In this document: in pieces, positions 11,940 through 21,453 of the stretch
Position numbering within the stretch: position 1 is the first letter of the stretch
Layout of the letters: every line of letters starts with the position of its first letter
Source of the DNA: Paraspadella gotoi
Taxonomy: Eukaryota > Animalia > Chaetognatha
Reading direction: 5' to 3'
Length of the DNA stretch: 21,453 nucleotides
Assembly (NCBI GenBank): GCA_051294375.1
Contig: CM119269.1
Location: 4,271,550 to 4,293,002 of the forward strand
Notes under the pieces: model-generated
Databases searched by the model: none
What the model was told of the DNA's origin: nothing
Seen by the model: the letters and a program-made list of their open reading frames with translations, nothing else
Program-made: the position numbers and the translations under genes

Positions 11940-13331
11940 AATATCGTTTCGAGAGCCGTTTCAGATCGTTGAATACGTCGTAGAAAAAGACGGGGAGAAA
12001 AATATAAACAAACTCAAATCTATTACACTAGTACGTATATCGTACATAATTGTTATATATCAAACTAAATTAGTTATACTGTTTGTATGAATAGAATTTA
12101 GACCCCGATTCATGAATTAAAAATTAAAAATCTTCATTTTACCGACGGAATTCGGTTAAAATATTTCGTCGGGCGAAATAGAGACATCGAAAAAAATTAT
12201 ATTGATCATTAACTATTAATTGTTACGACTATTTATTCTGACACGAAGAAAATTATTTGAACTAATCCAATTTGGGGGTAAATGTCTTTTCTCAGTAGTA
12301 TTTTTTTCTTCTTTTTTTTTTCATGTCTCAACATTCAATATTTTAATCAATATCAATTTAATATTGTTGTTATCTATATTACATCCATATTACATTCCCG
12401 TCTAACGTTAAACCATCAACCACTTTCGTCATAGCGCACAGTTTTTTGCTTGGCTNNNNNNNNNNAGATAGAAGGGATTAGTCATTCTTACCCAGAGTAC
12501 TGATATTTTTTATTTTTTGCGCTTCGGGTGAAAAAGTGAGTCACTTTATTTTTTTTAACCGCTCAGCCTGTGGTTAAATAGTTTTAAAATGTTTTGAGTA
12601 TCTCATTCCGTAAATTATCTAATTAATCGCTAATCATTGCCATCGGGTTTTTTTTTGTTTTCGAATAAAACAATTGCGGGAATATTCTTTTATGTTTTTA
12701 TGCTTTTATTTAAAAAAAACATTTACGTAAATTTGATACAAAAATCACCTCATTTAATAAATAAACTATCTTGCCTCCTTACCTAAGAGAATTAATAAAT
12801 AAAATATAGCAAAAAAAAAAAGAAGAAAAAAGCCAGAAAGAAGAGCAAATCTCCTAATTAAAAAGCAAGACAATAAAAATCCTCCCGATGAAAGAAAATA
12901 AAAGCATCACTAATTAGCTCTTTCTCTCTCCTCTCTATCTCTCCTCCTCACTCATCTCTCTCTCTCTACCTCTCTCGTCTCATCTCCCTCTCCCTCATCT
13001 CCCTCTCCTCTCCTCATCATTCTTATTTTCAAGCGAGTAATTGACAGTAACAATTCCCTTTCCGCTGTCCTTGACGCCTGAGACGAGGAAGCGAATAGAA
13101 GGAGAAAGAGAGAGAGGAGAGAGAGTCGGCAGGATATTTGCGTTTCTCCTTTCAACCAGAAATGATTATTCGTTTGGTCGGCAAAAGGGATGTAACCTGA
13201 AATAGGTTCTTATCCCCGGATGTAATTGTAGCTCGACGCCTCTCGTGACGATGATCATTTGTTGGCTTTTGATTCAGTTTTCTCATTCGAGAAAGAAAGA
13301 GGGAGAGAGAGAGAAAGAGAGAGACTTTTTC

Positions 13332-13390
13332 TTGACCGCATGGAACATGATTTTTCTTTCGTGGACCCGATTGATGTTCCATGCGGTCAA
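13332..13390. repeat. Perfect 17-bp inverted repeat (hairpin) with 25-nt spacer
   Basis: TTGACCGCATGGAACAT (13332-13348) is the exact reverse complement of ATGTTCCATGCGGTCAA (13374-13390). Confidence 0.95.
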
Positions 13391-13526
13391 CAAAAAAGAC
13401 AATTTTCCTATTTTTCTTTTTCTTCTTTAACTCTCTGCCTTTCTTTTTTTCTTTCTCTTTTACTATTTTTTCTATTCTTCTCTCTTTCACTTTCGTTACA
13501 TTTTCTTTATTTCGCTTTGCCTTTGC

Positions 13527-13529
<3 letters not shown>

Positions 13530-13611
<82 letters not shown>
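13530..13611. repeat. (TC)n microsatellite
   Basis: Directly visible. Shorter tracts also at ~13967-14024 and ~14190-14211. Confidence 0.97.
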
Positions 13612-13614
<3 letters not shown>

Positions 13615-13964
13615 TCAAATCGAGGAGGTCAAACGGTCCTCGATCGCTCGAAACAGAGAAAAGAAAACGAGCGAAATATGTTTTTCTTGTTTTTTTTTAC
13701 TCATTTCTTATTTTTATTTCTTTTTCATTTTTTTCCGCCGCTGATTTATTTGTTTTTATTTTCTCGGTCAAAACGGAGATAGAATCTGTGGTTTCAGGTT
13801 ATGCAGTCGGAAAAAGAAAAAAAAAGGTTCGCATTGGTTACGAACTGAAGTTTAAAACTGACTGTTTAACATTTAAACGATTTCTCATTTTTCTCTTTCT
13901 CCAACTTTTTTTCTTTTTCTTAGCGTGACGCAATTTGTGTTTTAGAGGTGGAAAGCTAGTTGGA

Positions 13965-14008
<44 letters not shown>

Positions 14009-15563
14009 TCTCTTTCTCTCTCTCACTAAACGGAGAGAGGGAAAAAATGAGTTACGTAAAAGAAAAAGAGAGAATAAAAGAAGAGAAGAAATCTAAAGGA
14101 AAGTCGGAGGGCGGCCTTCATCACTTCTCCTCAGTCAATCCTTTCTTCGACAAGAAGATTTTGAAGAGAAAGAAATAGAATATGAGGAAAGAGAGAGAGA
14201 GAGAGAGAGAGGGGCTTTGGGAAACATTTATTCAATTTTCAAGTTAATGCGATTGTTTGTGAATAATCATCAAACATCCTGTGAGGCAACATCATTCATT
14301 CTTGTAAAAGAGAAGAGAAAAAGAGAGTGAGAGAGAGTGAGAGAAAGATAAAGAGAGATAAAGAGAGAGAGAAACGACGCCGGCCTCCAAAGCTTTCCTG
14401 TTTCTGTTTTCATTGCGGTTCTGCGAGAGGAGAGAAAAAAAATTATTCTCGACTTGTGAGTGTGTGTGGAATAAATTTTCTTTCTGCTTCTCTGTTTGCT
14501 CACATGATAAGCTTTTCATGTCTATTTTGGGGATTTTTCTAGTTTAATGTTTTCTCTCCCTCTCTTTCTTTCTCTCTCTTTCTCTCCGTTTTTCCCTGTC
14601 CTGCACTGCGTGATTGGGTTTTCATTTATTAACCTTTTAGTTTTTATTTTTCTCTGGGGGACATAAAACTTTCTCTTCGCTCATTTATTTTACATCTAAA
14701 AGAATTAACTTTTTTTAGATGAAATATGAAAATTGATAACGACAATAATTTTTTTTCCTATTACTTTTCTCATTTCTCACTCACGTGGGTTTTTTTTCCA
14801 CGAAAATATTTAATTTCTCGCATATGAAAAAATAAAAGTTTCCGAGTGTTTTGTACGAAATGTTTTACTTACTTGAGTGATAAGAAAAAAAAATTGCTCG
14901 ATCTAGTTTATAAAAACACCTAAAATAACTGGTAACGCCCCACCACTGCACTTTCTACGTTTCGTATGCGTGGCCTGGTCGCTTCTCAATTAATTCCTCA
15001 GGATAAAAGTAAAAGAGAAAAAGTTTGTTTCAATAACTGAGAACCTAATTTGAAGTAAACGGGCAGAAGGAGAAAAAAAACCCAAAATAAAACAAATTCT
15101 TGTCAAAAAAAAAAAAAACTTTTTAAAAAAATCGCGAGAAAATATAAAAAAAAAACTTCTGGGATCGTTTAGTTTTTCTTTTCAATTTTTTTTGGGGGGT
15201 TTAATTTTAAAGTTGTCGTTTTTCTTTTTCGAATTCGTTCTTTTTTTCTTTCTTCTTTCGCTATTTTCCTTTTCAACTTTTTTCTTTTTCTAGATTTTTT
15301 TCATTTTTTTATTTTTCTCTTCGCTTTAATCTCGCGTTAATTCGAAGGCTTATTTCGAAATGAATGAAGATTTGAGAATCGAGAGAAAAACCGAAGAGAT
15401 GAACTACTTTAGAAGAAAATGAAGTGTCTGAGAGACGGACTGAGAGACTGACGGAGCCACGGACAATAGGGACAAAGAAGGGCAAAAGGACCCAGTGGCG
15501 GACAAACGGACAAAAACAAAGAATTGCACGATCAATCGGCCACGAGCTGAGGGTGAATGGGAA

Positions 15564-15567
<4 letters not shown>

Positions 15568-15647
<80 letters not shown>
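15568..15647. repeat. (AG)n microsatellite
   Basis: Directly visible. Confidence 0.97.
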
Positions 15648-15649
<2 letters not shown>

Positions 15650-16123
15650 ATTGGCTTGGTCACCGACCATTGTAGTCACTGAAGGACGTTAACAACCTCA
15701 CAGACAATATTATATCGTGTCGATGTTTAGACAGACACGTTGAAATGAAATACTTTTACTCGAATAGAGAAATTTGTTCGAGAATTCGAATCACACACAA
15801 AAGTTCGACGATCTACTAATGACTTATAACTTGACTCTATTGGTCTATTGCGTGCTTTTCTTTCTTACTCATTTTTTTGCAGTATTTACTCTCACTCAAC
15901 CAATTATCATTATAGAGATGAAATATTTTAGATATGCATTCTACATTTAAAACTCATAAATAGAATTGAAGATACTTCAAGCAAAATGATCAAAGTGGGT
16001 ATACTGCAATTTACTTTTCAATCAAATCAAGTTTCCAGGATAAACTTTTTGCGTAAATAGATAAAACAAAACAAATTATTGGAGTGGGTGGGTTGGTTGC
16101 TTAATGCATTAGAAATAGCGCGG

Positions 16124-17500
16124 AATTCTGCTGTCCACCTTTACTATGCTTCATAGTTAGGTTACAGGTGTGGTAGCGATGGCTGTATGAATTTTCGGTG
16201 TCCACCTTACTTATGGCTTCATAGTGTAGTGGTTACAGGTGGGTAGCGAGGCTTATGAAATTTTCTGCTGTTCCACCTTACTATCTTCATAGTGTAGGGG
16301 TTACAGTGCGGTAGCGAGGGTGTATGAAATTTTCTGCTGTTTCCACCTTACTATGGGTTTCATAGTTGTAGTGGTTACAGGTGGGTGCGAGGCTGTATGA
16401 AATTTTCTGCTGTCCACTTACTATGCTTCATAGTGTAGGGTTACAGCGTGCGGTAGCGAGGCTGTTATGAAATTTTCTGCTGTCCACCTTACTATGGCTT
16501 CATAGTGATAAGTGGTTACGGTGATGGTAGCGAAGGCTGTATGAAATTTCTGCTGTCCACCTTTACTTGGCTTCATAGTGTAGTGGTTACAGGTGGGGTA
16601 GCGAGCTGTATGAAAATTTTTCTGCTGTTCCACCTTACTATGGCTTCATGTGTAGTGGTTACAGGTGCGGGTAGCGAGGGCGCTGTATGAAATTTTCTGC
16701 TGTCCACCTTTACTAGGGCTTCATAGTGGTAGTGGTTAAAGGTGGGTAGCGAGGCTGTATAATTTCTGCTGTCCACCTACTATGGCTTCAAGTGTAGTGG
16801 TTACAGAGTAGGTAGCGAGCCGATGAAATTTCTCTGTCCACCTTACTTATGGCTTTCATAGTGTAGTGGTTACAGGTGGGGAGCGAGGCTGTTATGAAAT
16901 TTTCTGCTGCCACCTTACTATGGCTTCATAGTGTAGTGGTTACAGGTGTAGCGAGGCGTATGATTTTTCTGCTTCCACTTACTATGGGCTTCATAGGTAG
17001 TGGTTACAGGTGGGTAGCGAGGCTATGAAATTTTCTGCTGTCCACCTTAATGGCTTCATAGTGTAGTGGTTACGGTGGTAGCGAGGGCTGTATGAAATTT
17101 TCTGCTGTCCACTACTATGCCTTATAGTGTTGTAGTGGTTACAGGTGGTAGCGACTGGTATGAAATTTTCTGCGTCCACCTTACTATGGCTTCATAGGGA
17201 GTTTACAGGGTGGGTAGCGAGCTGTATGAAAAATTTTGCTGTCCACCTTACTATGGCTTCATAGTGTAGTGGTGACAGGTGGTAGCGAGGCTGTAGAAAT
17301 TTTTGCTGTCCACCTATTTACTATGGCTCATAGTGTTAGGGTTTACAGGTGGTAGCGAGGCTGTATGAATTTTTCTGCTGTCCACCTTTACTATGGCTTC
17401 ATAGTGAGTGGTTACAGTGGTACGAGGTGTATGAAATTTTCTGCAGTTACAGGTCGTCGGGTAGGAGCGAGGCTGTAATGAAATTTCTGCTGTCCCACCT
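16124..17500. repeat. Tandem array, ~70-bp unit, ~20 copies
   Basis: By-eye consensus ATGAAATTTTCTGCTGTCCACCTTACTATGGCTTCATAGTGTAGTGGTTACAGGTGGGTAGCGAGGCTGT. TCCAC recurs about every 69-70 nt from 16134 to 17381, with one internally deleted unit near 17445. Copies differ mostly by scattered 1-nt indels. Confidence 0.97.
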
Positions 17501-17509
17501 TCCACCTAC

Positions 17510-17675
17510 TGCCCATAGCCCCCTCCTTTACATCGGGTGAGGTGAATTGTATCGATTTGAAGGCGGATTCCTTTTCGGTCTCCTCATCGGGTTTGACTTC
17601 CTCGACGATTTTTAATGCGATTTGGGGATCAGGCATCGGAGGGATTGAGGCGGGATTGCGGGGATTGGGGGATCC
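17510..17675 (-). CDS. Candidate internal coding exon of an unidentified gene
   Basis: On the - strand a pyrimidine tract plus TAATTAG acceptor (AG at 17677-17676) opens in phase 0 into GSPNPRNPASIPPMPDPQIALKIVEEVKPDEETEKESAFKSIQFTSPDVKEGAMG. Possible donors GTAAAG (17531) or GTAGGT (17509). No family recognised. Confidence 0.38.
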
Positions 17676-18468
17676 CTAATTAAGACGAAGAGAGCGTCGA
17701 ATAGAAAATAAAAATTTATCGCTGAAAGTCGACGAAAGTTTTTTTTTTTTAAATAGAGTAAATAAGTATGAAGCTAGGAGTTAAAACGTAATATTTTTAT
17801 TTTTTAAATCAATGATCGTCATAGCACGATCGTCTCCCTTTCCCTCGGCGAGATTATTAGATTTATCAATATTTAATTTTTTTTTTTTTTAACCTATTAA
17901 ACAAAAATAATCCTCCAGCACGCGATTCGCATTAAATGTCCAACAAGTTTTTTCTTTTTCTTAGAGTCAAGATCGTGTACCGCAATCAACCGAAGAGAAC
18001 GGAACGGACCGACGGACCGACGGGACCGACGGATCGAAATCGAATGAATAATTACATTCTTATCATCGATCAAATTTTCAAGTTTTTTATTCGCCGATCG
18101 GATTTATGTTTTCAGCCGATCGGTTTGATTTTCTCACTCGATTGGTTTCGATCTCTGATCTCTCGTCGACTGCGAGGAAGAAAAAAAAAGACAACCAACA
18201 AAAAATGTGTGACAGAACCGTTGTGAATAAGTGACACCGCTTCTTTAATAGGGAAGCCAATTATCTTGTAAAATTAACCTGAACCAAGTCAGGGGCAAGA
18301 TAACTTATTCTTCGAACGAATGAATAATTTATATATTGTACCGATTTCATAATCTCGTCGCCACCAGCGGCGCCCCAACTCCAAAGCCAAAAATGAGCGG
18401 GCGGTGGATCGAGTTTAAGAGAGTAAGATTTTTTTGGGTCAGAGTAATTAATAGAAATTGGAGCATTA

Positions 18469-18526
18469 AGATTAGAGATTAGAGATTAAAGATTACGAAA
18501 GATTAGAGATTAGAGATTAAAGATTG
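18469..18526. repeat. Imperfect 7-mer repeat (AGATTAG/AGATTAA)
   Basis: AGATTA at 18469, 18476, 18483, 18490, 18500, 18507 and 18514. Confidence 0.85.
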
Positions 18527-18685
18527 TAGAGATTTGACTTCATTGAGCGGAAGCCGAAAAATGAACGAAAGGGGAAAAATCGAAGCAGAAGGCAAAAAGC
18601 TCCCTGGGTGAGCAAGAGCGGATATGGCGGGGCCTTAATATGGATTGAGAGGCGAAGTGATAGACGAGTGAAAGTATGAATAGGG

Positions 18686-18686
18686 G

Positions 18687-18727
<41 letters not shown>

Positions 18728-18859
18728 CAGAGAGAGAGAGACGAAAGAGATGAGAGAGAGAGAACGCCCTGCACCTGACCCTTTTTCCCTTGACGATTTT
18801 TTTTCTTCCGAGAAACCAGCATCGGAATTTTCGGTTTTTTTTAGCTTGTAAAAACTCTC

Positions 18860-18919
<60 letters not shown>

Positions 18920-18931
18920 CTCTCTCTCTCT
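18686..18931. repeat. Imperfect (GA)n 18686-18762 and (TC)n 18856-18931
   Basis: Directly visible. Confidence 0.93.
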
Positions 18932-19389
18932 GNNNNNNNNNNNNNNNNNNNNNNNNNTATTTTTTTTTTTGGTTCTGATTCGATTCCATCGAATCGAAAT
19001 CGTCGATGCAAAATCGATTCTCCGCCGACGTCGGCTTCGAAATAAAAATTATTACCTCCGGATATTTTTAACTTCGTCGTCGTTACTATCGTCGTCGTCG
19101 TCGTCGTCGACGCCTGATGATTTGTACGAACCGACGATAAATTTGGTCGAACTGAAAAAAAAAAAAGAAAAAGAAAATAAATAAATTTACATAAAAGTGA
19201 GAAGAAGGAAAAAAAAAATAAAGAAAAGAATTTGACCTTCTTTGGATTACGATTGGACGAATTTGTAAGAAGAACAAAAGACGGGAAGTCGAAAGAATCT
19301 TCTGACAACTCCTTCTCTCTCCTGTCGACCTCTTTCATCATCTAACGACCAATTCCTCTCTCTACCGACCTCTTGACGACCTATTCCAG

Positions 19390-19924
19390 CGATGACGCCG
19401 CGAGGATGAATTCCAACTCCTCGTCGGCGCCGACGTCCGGCGCCGGAAGCCGCGGCGCCAAATCCTCCAAGTCTAAAGACGCCGTCGGCGCCGGATCCGG
19501 TTCCAAGAAAGAGAAGAAGGAAAAGAACGCCGCAGCTTCTCCGCGGGCGGCGTCGGTGGCGTCCAAGGCCGACGCCGGATCCTCTTACGCAGCGCCTTCC
19601 GCGACGTCATCTTCCTCCTCATCCTCCTCCTCTTCCTCCGCCGCCACCTCCTCCGCCTCCAAGGACGACCCATCCTCCGCGCCGCGCCCTTCGTCGACGC
19701 CCATCGACTCCGCCGCTTCCGACGCCGCCTCCGTCGTTCCCAACGGCGCCGTCGACGAACCGACTAACGCGGCCGACGAATCCGGCGCCCCGGCCACGCC
19801 CACTTCCGGTCTGAAACGCGAGGCGAAATCGGCGACGGCGCGAGATCCTTACGAGTTCAATGCGAAGATTGAGGACGAGATTCTTCCGCCGAATCCGAAG
19901 AGAATGAAGGCGACGGCGGAGAAG
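19390..19924 (+). CDS. Coding exon of a Ser/Ala-rich, probably nuclear protein; tentatively ZNF608/ZNF609 (brakeless/scribbler)-like N-terminal exon
   Basis: Branch-like CTAAC (19342-19346), pyrimidine tract, TTCCAG acceptor ending 19389, GC3-rich open frame, in-frame ATG at 19406, perfect phase-0 donor AAG|GTGAGT at 19924/19925. Ends DPYEFNAKIEDEILPPNPKRMKATAEK (NLS-like PKRMK). The family guess rests on recalled resemblance (GSKKEK segment; ZNF609 first coding exon ends KKVKSEK) and is much less certain (~0.35) than the exon call. Confidence 0.82.
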
Positions 19925-19948
19925 GTGAGTTTGGGTGGTGGAGGATGC

Positions 19949-19982
<34 letters not shown>

Positions 19983-20021
19983 GATTATAAATATGATGAT
20001 GATTATGAATATGATGATGAT
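19949..20021. repeat. (GAT)n microsatellite with degenerate tail
   Basis: Directly visible, just inside the intron. Confidence 0.93.
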
Positions 20022-20096
20022 TAATTAATTAATATTAAGGCGGAGAATCTTTAAAAACGCTACCGTGTGGTTTTTGAGATCCGATTCCCCACTTGT

Positions 20097-20140
20097 GGTC
20101 ACGTGGACCAAAGGGTCACGTGGACCAAAGGGTCACGTGG
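20097..20140. promoter_or_regulatory. Triple E-box (GGTCACGTGG x3) in a 17-bp tandem repeat
   Basis: GGTCACGTGG at 20097, 20114 and 20131, separated by ACCAAAG. GTCACGTG is the USF/MiT-TFE type bHLH-ZIP site. The repeat is certain and the function is inferred. Confidence 0.5.
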
Positions 20141-20282
20141 GTATATCGGAGTTTTTTTCCTCTGAGTAATCTGGGTCGCCGTCGGCCGCCTCAGGCCGAC
20201 AGTTCGGTTCGGAAGATGTGGGCTGTCAGTCTCGTCGGGAAAAGACATCGCTGACAAATCGCGGAGAGCGGCTTCTTAATTT

Positions 20283-20502
<220 letters not shown>

Positions 20503-21453
20503 TCTACAGTTGGACCGCGAAAGAGTCTCTGACCCTCCGGTCGTTAATTCGTAGTCGCGAATTCTGCCCTCAACGTAAATAAGGACCCTCCCCGACTTTT
20601 CCCCCTTTTTTATGTGGGAAGTTTAAAAGTGTGGGGAGGGGGGAGAGAGAGAGAGAGAGGAAAAAGGGGGAAAGAGAAAAAATGCGTAGAGATTCTTTCG
20701 AGTAAGATGAAATCTTTTACTTTTCTTTTTCTCTTCAAGTTGTCGTCGTCGTTGTTGTTGCTGTTGTCGGCCTTTGGCGGCGGCTGTTATGACGCCCGAG
20801 GTACCTCTTGATTACTGTGCACGAATCAATTACGCGAGGGAGGATTTTTCGGGGATGCGTTCGCTCTCTCGCCTCCATTCTCAACGGCCGGCCCACACGA
20901 TCCAGATTTCAAACAAGTGTACAACAAATTCTCCCCAAGTCTCTGCGACAAAACAACGACAACGACGACGACGGGAGAAAGAAAAACAAAACAACAACAA
21001 AACACAAGTTTTATCCTTGCTTGATGTGACATTCACAGCCGAGTTAAAGGGCTAAAAATGCGAATAAAGAAAAGAATGTAACAACAACTACGAATCTTCT
21101 TTTCTTTCCCCCCACACAGAGCCGGCCCATCGAGGAAAAAAAAAAGGACAGACAGAGAGCGAGATTGTCAAGTTCTCTCTCTCCCTCTGGCTCTCGGCTC
21201 TTCCTTCTCCTTATCTCTCGACACGATCAGCCTCCTCATCAAAACCGCTGAGTTATTTCCCTCGCTCACTCCCTCTCTCGCCTCCCTCTCTCCCTCTCTC
21301 CCTCTCTCTCTCTCCGTCGTGGTTCTCTATGTCTCCTTCTAATTCATCGTCAAAAAGCAGAAGAAGAATAAGAGTTGAATCTTTTTTTCTTCTTTTTTCT
21401 TCTTTCATCGATTTCCTCGAATAGACCTGCCCCTCCTCCTCCTCCTCCTCCTC

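Noticed and set aside
16124-17500. CRISPR array
   Set aside because: Units are contiguous near-identical repeats with no unique spacers. There are no cas genes and the context is eukaryotic.
16124-17500. Hammerhead/twister ribozyme, intact tRNA cluster or spliced-leader RNA genes
   Set aside because: CTGTATGA is not CUGAnGA and the stems are not arranged as a hammerhead. The twister pseudoknot motifs are missing. There is no anticodon arm or GTTCRA loop. AG|GT plus AATTTTCTG is SL/Sm-like, but there is no room for promoters between units.
16421-17540. Short ORFs within the array as a repeat protein
   Set aside because: The unit of ~70 nt does not keep frame, and stops recur.
17641-17671. 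G-quadruplex-like (GGGATTG)n
   Set aside because: It is short, and explicable by Pro-rich codons of the candidate - strand exon. There is no independent support.
18359-18375. CTCF-like site CGCCACCAGCGGCGCC
   Set aside because: It is one base short of the core spacing in either orientation.
18977-19035. Short palindromes GATTCGAT..ATCGAATC and GCCGACGTCGGC
   Set aside because: Expected by chance in this TCG/CGA-rich sequence.
19373-19951. Single-exon 192-aa gene as listed in the ORF track
   Set aside because: The TTG start lies in the acceptor tract, and the VSLGGGGC tail is read-through past a perfect donor at 19925.

Overview
Eukaryotic draft-assembly window, probably from an invertebrate animal (inferred from spliceosomal signals, dense (GA)n/(TC)n, (GAC)n and (CCT)n microsatellites, and no obvious CpG depletion). 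It has seven N-gaps, and most listed ORFs are microsatellite or N artefacts. Main contents: (1) a heavily frameshifted, 3'-truncated Ty3/Gypsy LTR retrotransposon on + (~3118-9060) with one LTR carrying a heat-shock-element cluster, a PBS, a long Gag region and PR-RT-RNaseH-IN order; (2) a ~20-copy, ~70-bp tandem array (16124-17500) whose unit is strongly self-complementary and contains a tRNA-Val-like 5' end/A box; (3) a clear + strand coding exon (19390-19924), tentatively ZNF608/609 (brakeless/scribbler)-like; (4) a weaker - strand exon candidate abutting the array; (5) an isolated perfect 17-bp inverted repeat (13332-13390), a triple E-box and other motif clusters. No prokaryotic genes, rRNA, intact tRNA or CRISPR array were seen. 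Family assignments come from recalled motifs, not database searches.
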